Of a stretch of 64,000 bases of DNA, positions 42,901-52,789 are shown in pieces. Both the position numbers and the translations under genes were made by a program. Within the stretch, counting starts at the first letter, position 1; each line of letters starts with the position of its first letter. Source of the DNA: Phoronis australis (taxonomy: Eukaryota > Animalia > Phoronida); contig NMRA01000009.1 in the NCBI GenBank assembly GCA_002633005.1, positions 1,269,683-1,333,682 of the forward strand, in the 5' to 3' direction. A model generated the notes under the pieces. It searched no databases. It was not told the DNA's origin and saw nothing but the letters and a program-made list of their open reading frames with translations.

Positions 42901-44967
42901 TACAACGCATTACCTGACCCACATGCGCGTTTGTTCCTTTTAGCCAATCATTTTCATCCTTTTCCATGAACTTCTCGATATCACCCAAAATCATCCTGAT
43001 GTGCTGCAAATGAAATATCAAGAACTCTTTTAAGTGTCTATGAATATCAAGTGAGATTCTTGAGAAAAACCTTGGGTTTGTAATTTTGACCTCAAAAAAA
43101 TTAATTTTGTGTTCAAATGTGTAAAAATCACAATAAATTCACTATTACTTAAAAGTATGTAAAATTATGAAACATACACAGGAAGATTGCACGTCGCATT
43201 TTTATGGGTATTTTCAACAATTTACTGCCACCAACCACACAAAGGTTGATTCTGAAGTTTACAATTCTAATACCCAGCTCATATACTGATGAAAACACTC
43301 TGGTAATTCCGTTAAAAGTTTCTTCAGGGGTTAAACCCTTGTAACATGATCAGTCATTTGGGTCATTTGGGTAATTTTTGTTGACAGTTTGAGAAAACTG
43401 TTGGCATTTTTACGGCGAGATCACTCACATAGGTCTGCACTTGGTGGGAAGCACATCATTTTTGGGGACTATTAGTCAAAATGTGGAGAAGGGGTAAACC
43501 TAACATACCATCATGACCCTGTGTCTCAAAGGAATTTTATTACCTCTTAACAGATTTAATAGCCTTTAGTACACCTGTTGCTACGAAACTTAAAGCCAAA
43601 AATTTTAAAAATATATTTTCTGTTATCAGGTTTGTACGCAATGGGTGGAAGACCTCCTCCGCCGTTGTTGTTTTACCAGTGCGATACTGAGGAGTTGTGA
43701 AGAAAGTCCACGGAGAGCCTCCTTTTTCAGACATGAAAAGGTGCGTTTGTGGAAACTGTGGTAACAACAACTTGACTGAGAATTTCTATGTGTTCAAATT
43801 TCATGAATACGTGAAAGTTGCACATACTGAATGGCATCGGTTTGTCATGGGCGGCGCACCATATAGGGGGCTGGGGGAGGGCTATAGCCCCCCACTTTTT
43901 CAGTGCTAAGCCGCCCGTGGTCTATAGGTGGTGCACCACAAGGGGGTTGGGGGCTTTAGCCCCACTTTTTTTCAGTGCTGCGCCACCCATGATTGTGCGC
44001 CAAACGAGAGTGCGGAGTGTCAGTGTGGAACATGCGATTCAGTCTGGCAGAAGCCACACTTTGATCGACAAATTTCAAAGAATCGTGTTTCAACCACGCT
44101 CATAAGCGGCGTTACAATGAAGGACTCACCACCAAGTAAGTGTGTTTGCAAATTTTGTAAATAACGAACAAACTGCTTCCATTCTAGGGCGAGTGATGCC
44201 AGGCCTGGGCCAATGCCCAGATCGAGTGCTACTACAAGTAGGCTTATGCATATTGTGTTTAGACTGTGCTCATTCCATCATGACAATAGTGAATACGAAT
44301 AACCCAGGTTTACAGTGACCTTTGTCAGTAATTATTAAGTGTCTGTTTAGTGAGTATTGACCACCACTTGGTAGAGTTGGTTGTGGCTCACATATGTCTG
44401 CGTGCAAGTGGGTCGAGTTCATACGGACTCAAAGCTGACGAAAGTTCGCTAAATGGGAAATCGAATTCATTGTCTTATTCTTCAATCACTTGAATGTGAT
44501 GCCCGTATCCACTCTCCACTCTGTCTGCATAATAATTGTCCAATTCTCGCCCAACATCGTCCTTGTCTTCTGACCTGCAGTGTTCCGATATCGCAAATGA
44601 TTGTCAAGCGGTCAACTTAGAAATAAGTAATTTTTCTTCAAAATTAAAAAAATTGCAACTGTTTGGAATAAAAAGTGCCTATTTAGTAAGACATTATGGT
44701 ATTCAATTCATATCAGCTAACTGAAACCTGAAAAATGCATGGTGGGAACTCTTTAAGACGCAAGGGGAATGGACAGCCAGTTACCTGTACGAAGACTAAT
44801 GTGAAAGCAAGGATACTTAAAGTTTAAACTTACAGGGTCATCACAGCTATCAGGGCACAGTTCCAGTGACCGCAACAAAGCTTCCTTGGCATCTTGAAGT
44901 TTTCGATCAAGATACAAAGCTATACCAAGTGTTTGCCACACTTTATAATGGCTAGTAGATTTCAGTG
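3524..44967 (-). CDS. HELZ2: Multi-exon HELZ2-like gene (TPR, CCCH/C2H2 zinc fingers, SF1 helicase, RNB exoribonuclease); 5' and 3' ends not fully resolved
   Basis: Phase-consistent exon chain in transcript order: 44967-44834, 43003-42914, 41323-41051, 39176-38883, 36960-36667, 34665-34551, 34233-34159, 33812-33752, 32950-31863, 31121-30842, 30654-30456, 22045-21938 (or duplicate 27913-27806), 20937-20820 (uncertain), 19544-19346, 18657-18460, 18217-17762, 16766-16569, 16453-15673, 13136-13061, 12502-9355, 3910-3524. An SF1 helicase followed by RNB is the HELZ2 architecture. Confidence 0.88.
4295..6225. repeat. Intronic repeat copy A (DNA-transposon relic with THAP remnant)
   Basis: Alignable by eye with 7300-8725 along most of its length; copy A has extra sequence at about 5455-5985. 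Confidence 0.7.
5935..6154 (-). pseudogene. THAP zinc-finger relic
   Basis: One frame reads MSASVG...CCVPGCYN..*..FSYYLFPKDQELR*TWIRHIGR...*HKVCS, which is the THAP signature with three stops. Confidence 0.75.
7300..8725. repeat. Intronic repeat copy B
   Basis: Direct repeat of 4295-5455 and about 5985-6225. Confidence 0.7.
8475..8644 (-). pseudogene. Second THAP relic
   Basis: CCVPGCYN...FSYYPFPKGQELC, frameshifted. Confidence 0.65.
9355..12502 (-). CDS. HELZ2: Large exon: helicase motifs V-VI, cold-shock/OB-like region and RNB (RNase II/Dis3-like) catalytic domain
   Basis: 1062-aa ORF containing GKEF..IISTVR, LNTAFTRAKS, VVGDP, TVDPEGSQDLDDALS, GVHIADVS, SHSMIEEFMIAAN and YTHFTSPIRRYIDIVVHR. 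Acceptor ttctag at 12503-12504; donor gtaagt at 9354. Confidence 0.95.
13061..13136 (-). CDS. HELZ2: 76-nt helicase exon (VNVIRHLLRRKKLSGVTVESIYNVQG), absent from the ORF track
   Basis: tttcag acceptor and gtatgt donor. Phase 0-1 bridges YTKQ to GKEF and completes motif V (VQGKEF). Confidence 0.9.
14985..15610. repeat. Intronic minisatellite, ~47-48-bp unit, about 12 copies
   Basis: Unit approximately TGYAATGAGATATGCAATAAAGAATGTGTATCAGGCAAAACTNNTGTC, e.g. starting at 15246, 15293, 15341 and 15389. Confidence 0.85.
15673..16453 (-). CDS. HELZ2: SF1/UPF1-like helicase core exon
   Basis: SAAD, IFIDEAAQ (Walker B), LAGDHKQM, ENYRSH, YFNLSEAEEV, IAVVSCYTKQ; canonical splice sites. Confidence 0.95.
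16569..16766 (-). CDS. HELZ2: Helicase Q-motif / Walker A exon
   Basis: LNESQ, YGPYGTGKT and RILICTHTN(S); cccag acceptor and gtatgt donor. Confidence 0.93.
17762..18217 (-). CDS. HELZ2: HELZ-family pre-helicase exon
   Basis: EIQFQMNRIPFCEMHHAVDML is a HELZ/HELZ2-type segment; ttctag acceptor and gtgagt donor, phase 2-2. Confidence 0.88.
18460..18657 (-). CDS. HELZ2: HELZ-family exon (KYPLP...NYKDRMHQLINVEE), ending at a GC donor
   Basis: NYxxRMHxLLxxEE-like motif; tttcag acceptor; the AG|GCAAGC donor keeps frame with the next exon. Confidence 0.85.
19346..19544 (-). CDS. HELZ2: HELZ-family exon (YTVFVSFRAETFGTFHQSLCFDFG...WTESNR)
   Basis: FGTFxQxxxFDFG motif; ttgcag acceptor and gtagtc donor. 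Confidence 0.85.
20820..20937 (-). CDS. Candidate 118-nt exon (reading frame uncertain)
   Basis: tattag acceptor and AG|gtatgt donor; phase 0-1 bridges the neighbouring exons. The duplicate at 27245-27362 has two stops in this frame. Confidence 0.45.
21164..21715. mobile_element. ~550-bp unclassified non-autonomous element
   Basis: Absent from the paralogous site (about 27585); flanked by AAAT; homologs at 51363-51890 and, inverted, about 48060-48710. Confidence 0.75.
21938..22045 (-). CDS. HELZ2: 108-nt exon LVEHVSGVEIQSK...WEFTIQCK, copy 1
   Basis: ttacag acceptor and AAG|gtattg donor, phase 0-0. Confidence 0.75.
25460..26072 (+). mobile_element. Penelope-like retroelement fragment (RT thumb/linker plus GIY-YIG endonuclease)
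   Basis: NNGY; LIYQFNCPHNEC...YVGYT..LSRRLSMH..GSIKDH...LEALII....PYIN. Begins right after (TA)n and ends at the N at 26073. Confidence 0.85.
27806..27913 (-). CDS. Duplicate of the 108-nt exon (LVEHVNGVEIQSK...WEFTIQCK), copy 2
   Basis: Intact splice sites and open frame; 3 aa differences from copy 1. Confidence 0.6.
28751..29284. mobile_element. MITE with ~30-bp imperfect TIRs (CATKAYGGCRTT...AACGCYGTMATG)
   Basis: Absent from the paralogous site (about 22875); homologs at 47449-47940, about 46990-47332, about 45160-45425, and 61729-63241 (interrupted). Confidence 0.75.
30456..30654 (-). CDS. HELZ2: Exon completing a CCCH finger, followed by a charged helix (CLKAHCYEELTEWRQR)
   Basis: C..AH..EEL.EW motif; ttccag acceptor and gtgtgc donor, phase 2-0. 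Confidence 0.82.
30842..31121 (-). CDS. HELZ2: C2H2 (U1/matrin-like) zinc-finger exon
   Basis: CHLCNCTCNSKKQLKLHQLSARH followed by FREPP; tgtag acceptor and gtaagt donor. Confidence 0.85.
31863..32950 (-). CDS. Exon with three repeated CxxC...CCCH (AHSxxE..W) zinc modules, ZC3H7-like
   Basis: LGCNEC/LACRQC/TCWLC pair with CNLAHSPLEKEIW, CFYAHSDEELILW and CTYAHNEEEKIIW. ttttag acceptor at 32951-32952 and gtgagt donor. Confidence 0.85.
33752..33812 (-). CDS. 61-nt linker exon
   Basis: tttcag acceptor and gtgagt donor, phase 1-2, open frame KLNTNNSSVVGSGAIPKVKR. Confidence 0.7.
34159..34233 (-). CDS. 75-nt linker exon (DSSDHDSSSDEAWQAVGQKGTKGH)
   Basis: ttatag acceptor and gtgagc donor, phase 1-1. 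Confidence 0.7.
34551..34665 (-). CDS. Linker exon, diverged paralog of the 294-nt exons
   Basis: VYGQ...SDGAGKAASADCKKE aligns with APGQ...SGGVGKAMNAVCKKQ; ttccag acceptor; the G|gtagag donor fits phase. Confidence 0.6.
34771..35865 (-). mobile_element. Older diverged HINE copy
   Basis: acaagagcaacgc at one end and gtgcccata...tgggtgcat at the other, with decayed subunits. Confidence 0.7.
36667..36960 (-). CDS. 294-nt low-complexity linker exon, copy 1
   Basis: gtttag acceptor and gtaagt donor, phase 0-0, open frame. Confidence 0.7.
37246..38770 (-). mobile_element. HINE copy truncated at the tandem-duplication breakpoint
   Basis: Palindrome/subTIR end at about 37246-37285; the array breaks at 38770 into the duplicated exon flank. 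Confidence 0.8.
38883..39176 (-). CDS. 294-nt linker exon, copy 2 (near-identical)
   Basis: Same splice sites, 2216 bp from copy 1. Confidence 0.65.
39464..40877 (-). mobile_element. Complete HINE copy
   Basis: Both termini present (aacaagagcaacacggagcgttg and atgcacccacatataaatatgcgggcgcat). Confidence 0.8.
41051..41323 (-). CDS. Lys-rich then Ser-rich linker exon
   Basis: ttttag acceptor and AAG|gtaatt donor, 91 codons: GSNNTKLKVQNKKKKGKKKTFDKRRMDSTSDSS... Confidence 0.7.
42914..43003 (-). CDS. 90-nt exon after the TPR (HIRMILGDIEKFMEKDENDW...)
   Basis: ttgcag acceptor and CAG|gtaatg donor, phase 0-0. Confidence 0.6.
43733..44065 (+). pseudogene. THAP-domain relic interrupted by mini-MITEs
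   Basis: MKRCVCGNCGN...FYVFKF...EWHRFV, then the insert, then RQTR; PHF follows in a shifted frame. Confidence 0.55.
43846..43991. mobile_element. Two tandem ~70-bp TIR mini-elements
   Basis: CATGGGCGGCGCA...GCCGCCCGTG and TATAGGTGGTGCA...TGCGCCACCCATG; flanks are tttgt and attgt. Confidence 0.7.
44834..44967 (-). CDS. TPR-repeat exon
   Basis: HYKVWQTLGIALYLDRKLQDAKEALLRSLELCPD matches the TPR pattern W..LG..Y......A...L..AL.L.P; tttcag acceptor and gtaagt donor. Confidence 0.75.
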
Positions 44968-47448
44968 CTGAAACAAAAAGTTTTTTCAAAAAACTAATCG
45001 ATCTTTACTTAAAAATCTCATTAATTAACAGTATACATACATATACATAAACACACACATACACCCATAGGATAATAGGACACCCCCCCACCTGCAGGAT
45101 CTATCCCTACTGAGAATCACAAGCTCTACAGGGCCAGGTTGATTCAATCTCACACTAGTAACGTTGCATATTCGAACAATGATGATCAAATCAACTCGCC
45201 CATTATCGTCAAGGTAACGTCATCCCAAATCCTTAGGGTGTCCTACTGTTCAGTGACTACCAGACATAGAGCAGTTGGGATCTTGTGATAACCTCTGGCT
45301 CTTTTGTTAACTGCCTAACTGCCCAGCACTGTCTTTTGCCTGGTATGACAAAATGCAAGCAGGCTTATCACTGACCACCTGTGAATACAGTCAAACTCAG
45401 TGCCGTGGTACATTTGGATTGTCTGTGTGATGTATGAATGATTTAGTTTACGTCATGTACTATTTTTAGAGAACACTTGTTATGTTATGTAGTCACGTGA
45501 TGGTTTCACCATCAGTTTGTAGTTGTACGTTCACTGCTTGTATACTCGGGAACCCAATGGTCGTCCGCCTAAGCATAAAACCGGCTTGTTGTCGTACTCA
45601 CCCAATCATTCCACTTCAAAGTTATGATCTGAATAGGATTTGATTTAACTCTCACAAATATATAGTATTCGTTGATTCAAACGTTTTCTTTTACTTATGC
45701 CGAGTTGTTCAACTGTGCATTGCTTTTCGGCAGCCATTTTGTAATGACACCTATGGTCGTCATATGCTGCCGCCTTTTGAAAGAACAGCAAACCACACAG
45801 AAAAAGGCCAAGAAAATAGTGGAAAGTGGTATACAGCAATTCTACTTCAACCACAAACTGCTTTACTAGTATGATATCGATTTTTAAATCGATTAAAATT
45901 GATTTAGAATTTCAGTTCTGGAAAATAAATCACGACTGAGCCCTGGATTGTTTTATTCCAGATATACCTTACTTATTTCTGTTTGTGACCTCTTTATTTG
46001 ACTTTTTGCTCTTGTTGTACTTAACACCACTTATCTTTGCTGTCTTACTTTTTCTTTTCAGTTTCTCTTCATTCTCTGTTAACACCTTGTCAGCCAGAAC
46101 AGAACTATGACCCTTTGAGACTTTGTCGGCGCAAGTTGATCATTGAACCTCAATACAATTGTTCTAATAAATTACCCATAATCGTATTGTTTGATTTTTT
46201 CTCATCTTTAACAGGCTTATGCAATCATAAATAAATAAATAAATACCCAAGTCGCATTTGAATTTTATTGCTCAATCTCTTCTTTTATTTTTGATTATGT
46301 CATGCTGTGTTGTATGTAACAATGCAATATAGTGAAATAAAGTCAATGTTTTACTTTATTGGTGGCCATTCTCTATCAATTCAAGTATTTTAATTTTCTT
46401 CAAATAAATTCAAAATGCTTTAATCAAAAATGTCAACATAAATGTCCAGCTCAGTACTGTGTTTTGCAATAAAAAAACAAGTGGACAATGTTTTGATGAC
46501 CAAGGCGTGGGTCGAAACTGTTAAGCAACCAGCGTGTTCCATTTGTCTGCTGCGTTATTCCTTTGGCCTAACAGGTGTCGGTTAGTGCCTGGGACAAATA
46601 GATACATTGCATAGACAGTCCCTGAGTTGCTTTTTGTTCCGTCTGAAGAAAATTTAATTTCGAAAATATCTTCTGAAAATGAACAAAAAAGTGCATTAGT
46701 AAAATCGACAAGTTTTTAAGTGGTCTCAAAAAAACAGTCGGTAAATGCACTAATTTTAGTCTCAGTTATTCCATGCGTGTTTCTCCCGAGAGGTTAGTAC
46801 CTAACGTGCAGACGAGCACTCCAAATTGGAACGCTAAGTCCCGCGTGGTTGCGCTGCACGCGAAACAAGATGGCGGACGACCTTTGGAGCCTGACGACGA
46901 TAGGTATCCGGACTATATTACCACGATCACGAATAGACGTATTTCATTATCACTCGAATAATTGTTGTTCCTTCCACTCTGGCTACCCAACAACAAACGT
47001 GACAGTCTGAACTTTAGTTGTAGTTGGAGGATTTTGGTGATTCAAAAAATAAACATGATCAGTCTTTGACAAGCAATTCAGAAATGTTATTGGTTTGTGT
47101 TCAAACATTTTATAACTTAACTTTTATTTTTAACAGCACAGCGCAGTCAGGCTGGATACAATCTTAGCAGAGATTGGAACAGTTATCGAACAAAAGAGAC
47201 CTGACCCTCCAACCATGAATGCCAGAATGGACTTAATCAGTCGTGTAAGATATTGGCTACAGAGATTATCCACCCAACTTGTTGTTATGCTATATAACCG
47301 ACCAAGTTGACTGAACGGGAGAACGCCATAATATTATGTACACAAACAAGTTTGGGATGTTTTTGCATATTAGTAGTGAGATTTTAAAATTGAGTAACCA
47401 TTCAACAACGTAATAAAGTATGACGTCATAAAAGACTTCCCAAACAGA

Positions 47449-47940
47449 CATTACAGCGTTCTGTCGTTCAGTAACTTTTCCAGAGGTGAAAAGTGCTGAA
47501 CGTGCGATAACATCTGGCTCTTTTGTTAACTGCCCAGCTCAGTCTTTTGTCCTGTATGATTAAACAAGCAGGCCAATTATCTCCCAGGCTTCAATGGAAA
47601 CGTATGGCTGTTGCACGCTATTACTGAATGCGTATGAACGAAGTCAAACCCAGTGCGTTGGTAATCCGTTTGGACAGAATAGTTTGTCTTAACTTCTGTT
47701 GTAGTTGGGCGATTTTGGCGATTCAAAAGCGGAACATGATCAGCATTTGACGAGGAATTCAGAAAAGCTATTTGTTTAAGCTCAAATATGTTATAACTTA
47801 ACTTTCATTTTTATCAGCCCAACCCAGTCAAGCTAGATATGGAGTTAATCAGTCGTGTAAGATATTGGCTACGGGGGAGGGGGGGTAACTTGTTGGGCTA
47901 GAATCGAACAAGTTGGGAGCAACGGGATGTCGCCGTCATG
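47449..47940. mobile_element. Full copy of the same MITE, preceded by a partial copy (about 46990-47332)
   Basis: cattacagcgttctgtcgttcagtaactt at the left end and aagttgggagcaacgggatgtcgccgtcatg at the right end. Confidence 0.75.
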
Positions 47941-49116
47941 CAAGAGGCTATAGCAAAATAGATTGAAATTACTTATTCTGAGCATATACAAAACGGATTA
48001 CTGCGTCAATCCCATTATGAATGACAAGTACTACCAATAAAAATGCAAGCGTCACAAGCTCACAGCAGAGATGACAAGAGGACATATAAAGTCAGCAAAA
48101 TAAAGTCATTTCTTGAAACGGAATACAAACAGCACAAACAATAGGGATGACAATAAAATATATATGTAAAAACTAATAATCCCTGGAAAGATGGGCAATA
48201 AAAAAGTGCAACAAAGAGGTACGAGACGGTGCCAAAGGTGAGGGGGAGGCAGTGAGTGAGTAAGATTGAAGAGTGTAGTTGACACAAGGAAATTGAACAG
48301 AAATAAATGAACTCACAAACCAAAGAAAATTCTTATAGACAAGCGGAAATCATCAGCCTGTGAGACCTGATAGCTGATCAAACACATGGAACTTGAAAAC
48401 ATAGACCAATAAGGAGGCTGGGAACAAGTGTCACATAGTAACACAAAGTAACTAATGAATCAGGGGGTGTAAGATAAGATAGGTTCCTATGCCAACATAA
48501 ATACATTCAAACAGTGAAATAATCAACATATATATCAACGATAGAAATACGCGTGTCACAAGCTCTTTACCAAAGATGAAAATTAGACTGAGGTTGGTAA
48601 AATAACATCATTTATGATTACAAAATACAAGTACAAAGAAAGGAGATGAAAATAAAATTTATAAGATGTAAAAAATAATCTCTGGTAAGATGGGCAATAA
48701 AAAAGCACTAAAAGCGATGTTGAAGATCCCTCATGCCAAACATGACTTACCATTTTGACATTCCTTCACAACAATCCCGGCAGATATCCAATATGGGTTC
48801 GTCTAAACAAGAACAATGAACAGGCAACATATTAACTCAGTGTATGCATATTCTTATGAAGTTAAAATAGCAAAGGTTTCTTTGATTTCACCTGCACACT
48901 GAGAATTCACTTAAATTAAGGTAATTATCATAATTATATTATCATAGAAGTCTGAGTAAGTTGGTAGCCAACAATTCACAAGAGTGTGCATCCATGAAAG
49001 ATGTGACAATACTAAATAACCCAGACAAAAAGGCACAGCATTAGACAAATAGTAACCTTATTCACACACTACTAAACTGATTATCTGGACTAAAGAGGAT
49101 TTTGACAACCACTTAC

Positions 49117-49141
49117 CAAGTGCTCTTGCAGCAACATTTGT
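49117..49141 (-). CDS. Candidate 25-nt micro-exon (TNVAARAL) of the preceding TPR
   Basis: ttacag acceptor and G|gtaagt donor. Phase 0-1 joins to 44967 to give A..AL.L. Confidence 0.4.
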
Positions 49142-50714
49142 CTGTAATAATAAGTCAGAGTTGATGAGAGAAATACAGGCACAGTCAAAAATACCACACT
49201 GCCCTGATGAGCAGCCATCATTGATTCTGGACTATTTACCCACAATACTGCACACCACCGTAATGTTTCATTTATTTTCCACAAAAATGATTGCCAAAAT
49301 TGTTTTTCAGAGATTGGTTAACTATTTGAAAAATTAAACCAATGTTGTTTTATGGCATCCAAAAAGTACAAACCAACCTAATACACTGACATTTTCTAAA
49401 ACTTTATTTCTGATGAAAAATTTGAAAAAGTTGAGGAATTATCACAATGTACATTACTGTTGTAAATCACACTTTTACAGCAGAACTATTTTGATAAAGG
49501 CAAAGCTTTACTGTTGCATATTTAGTGATTTCTAACACTGACAAACAAAGATAAACACAAATTAACTTTTTTAGCCATTTTGTAATATTTAAAATGTACC
49601 AAGTTAAAAATACTCTCCACTGTTGCAGGCTGGAACTCTGTGCAAATGTCAGAGAAAACCAATTTGGGTGTAAATAACAACCATCATTGTTGAGACAGTA
49701 GTGCTAGTTATTACCTTTCCACTTCATTAGCTTAGACCTCCATAAATACAAAAGGATTGGGAAAAAGTTGTCTGGGACTATGGGAATCTGAGCAGTGACA
49801 CGTGACCACTGTAAGTGAGAAACTAACCTATCACCAGGACTTTTGAGTGACGGCTTAAGAGACCAATCAGAATGCAGCATTCTTGACACACCTTCGTTTC
49901 CAAGCCACCATCTTACCCAACAAACAACACATTGCCAGGTAAAACTTATTGTTTGTTTGTCCACACTTCGCAAGGGGGCGGAGCTTGCGATAGGTCAATT
50001 CTCCACATCCAAGTCAAGTAGAGGACTGTTCTCTGTTAGTGTTTTATGAATTTGACAAGTCAACAACCAAATAACAGCAGGATTCACACAAGTTGTTTAA
50101 TGTTTTCTAGGTATCTGCTGAATACGTTGGAAATTCAAGGTTGCATGTTGTAACTTGATACAAGCTGGCCAAAACTCTTGACTCGCACTTACAAAGTCAT
50201 AAAAGCAACCTTCAGCTCATTAAGTCAGTCGCTGACTTGGTTGATTATGACACCGTCTTTCGCACATTCGATAAGGATGTACTGTTATTGAGAGCTTGTT
50301 ACTAGTTAGTTGTAAAAAAATCACGGGTGCTGAAAAGTTGGCGCTTTGTATACAAATTATTTTTACCCACGCAGATACATGTACGAACTATTTTTCCCTA
50401 GGACACCAAACGTACGAGCTATATCAGAGAGAAATAAGGTATTTCAAGGTTGGTGCCCAGACTATAAGTGTGTAGGAACTGTTTGAGAAATCACAACTCG
50501 CCAGTGGTGATTACAGGTGTCAAATTTATGAAACCATCATTCCATCCACGAAGTAAACAGTTGATTTAGACCATTAGTTGCTACAAAAGTAATCTCAATA
50601 AGTTTGTTATTCCTTAAGACAATTCCGGTGCATAAAATGTCATGCCGTGACAACGTGAGCCTGGCCTCGAGCAATAACAAATAGCTCAGTTCGTTGGATG
50701 TCTCAAAATCATAC

Positions 50715-50812
50715 CGGCTTTGACTTAAAGAACGATTTGAAAGCAATTTCATAATGGTAAATGGTCTACCGTACTCGTCCGGGTTACCGCCCAGGGTGCT
50801 TAAATTGGAAAT
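50715..50812 (-). CDS. Candidate upstream TPR exon (...MKLLSNRSLSQSR)
   Basis: ttttag acceptor and gtatga donor; LLSNRS resembles the TPR LYSNRA motif. The join to downstream exons is not resolved. Confidence 0.4.
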
Positions 50813-51362
50813 CTAAAAAACAGGGGGTTGGTGGTAAGCCGAGCATAGGCAGTGACCCGGACAAGTGTGGTAAATCGTTTGTTTTTTGTGACGGAATGTG
50901 GGTTTTTGCAACTTCAACGAATGCAGCAGCTTATCAAACAACGGTTCACAACAGATAACCCTGCATGAAAAAACAAGAAAGTTAATGAGATCTATTATTT
51001 GAGTAGAAATGCCAAGTTTCCTGTCTACAATCATTGAGACTTAAGTGCATTGCAGTGAGTTTTTAAATAAATCTATTAAGTCACCAAAAAGTTCTTTTTA
51101 TTCAAGCAGTACATACACTAAGGAGCTCAATAAAACGTTGCAAATGAAGACGCCGAGACATTTTTAATAAACAAACCATGGGATACCGGACTCTGACATC
51201 AAGTATTTTTAAAGGGAGCATTTACAAGACTGCGCAAGCAAAATTTAATCATATAAGGCAACTGGATATTTTTCACGTCTTTTAAGTGACAAATTATAAC
51301 ATTCATTACTGTCGCCGGTTTACTTTTTTGGTTTGGGGAACAGATTTTTTTCCAAACTATAT

Positions 51363-51890
51363 GGTATTTCACTCGTTAAATATATTTATGTGAGCATATG
51401 GACCTGCCTTACTCCTTTTCCCCCTCATCTCGCTCTATTCCATTCTTCCCTCGTGTAGGACTACATGTCGTTTTTCCAGCCTTCGCATTGGTCTGCTGTT
51501 ATCACGTGCCTCGAGTTTGGTCAGCTCTGGGCTCTTATAGGCTGATTGTCACGTGTCTTTAGGGGCGTTTTTCTTTGTTATTGTAACCTCGCTTTCAGTT
51601 CACTTTGTTCCGGCTACATTGTTGTACGTCAAAAACTCATTCAATTTTCCCGCCCTCTTCCTCCCAGTTTTCGTCATTCTCTCGTACTTCCACGTGGCCG
51701 GCGCTTTTTATTGCCCATCCTACCAGAGATTACCTATTATACGTTATTTACCTGTATTCATTTTATGGTAAGTGTACTAGTCATAATAAATGACCTTATA
51801 TCGCCTACCTCGGTCTCCTTTTCATCTCTGGTAACGAGCTTGCGACGCACGTATCATTTATCTATTATTCGGGACATATGTCGATCATAA
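51363..51890. mobile_element. Second copy of the ~550-bp element
   Basis: Same ends (tatttcactcgtt...ttcgggacatat..cga.cataa) and shared internal blocks. Confidence 0.7.
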
Positions 51891-52789
51891 AATAATTTCT
51901 CATTTTTAACTACTTATTTCATTTGTTTGATATGCAAGCGGCTCTTTTCAATCAACTGGAGTACATCTGAGCAACTAGTGAATTTCTAGAAACGTGAATA
52001 TACCTGTCGCCAACTTATTGTCGGTATTGACCGACATCACATTATGTTTGTGCAAATAATTGTATGAAATGATGCTATAAGTTATAACTCTACAATTGTA
52101 CACTTAATAATATTGTGTCAATAGCCACCTAATATTAAGTGACAATATCCACGTGGTTATCATAGCTGGGCTGTTTTAGTCCAAATTTTGCGAGCGTGTA
52201 GATTAGAAAAAAAACATATGTTACTATGGTTTACTCGAAATTTCATCAAGATGTGCGATAGAGAAATTTCATGGTGCTTTCTAAATGTACTGACGATGTC
52301 ATTTATGGTACAGATGAAGTCAAGCGCATTAACGTATTAGCAATACACCATGAAACGTAAACGTATCTAACATGCGTTACGGAAACATTCGTTACTATGA
52401 AATATGAAAACTGTACTTAGAATCAAAATTATGGCTCCATTTGTTCGTTAGCCACATGTAGTTATACGTCACATCCGTTCCTGACAGCAGACGACAGCGA
52501 AGAACAAGAAATTGGTGAAAACTACTTTAGCAGGTTAGTGACCTTCCTTTCTCGAGTTAACCTTACTATTTTGGTTCAAACAGTTATTCGGTACCCTATA
52601 GATTACTGTGCTGACATCCAATAAGTCCAGCAGTATGACTTTGAGTGTTTTATTTTTGACCATGTCTCTCAATACAATAGGAATGCATTGGAAAACATTT
52701 GTTACCGACATGTTTCATAATTTTCATCCGGCTTATTTCAGCCATTATCTTTTATTTTTTTCATTAAAGTTCTTACTGGAAGTCTTGCA

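Noticed and set aside
45968-49750. Additional candidate exons (about 45970-46085, 48751-48802, 49715-49737)
   Set aside because: Splice-like signals exist, but I could not build a consistent phase chain.
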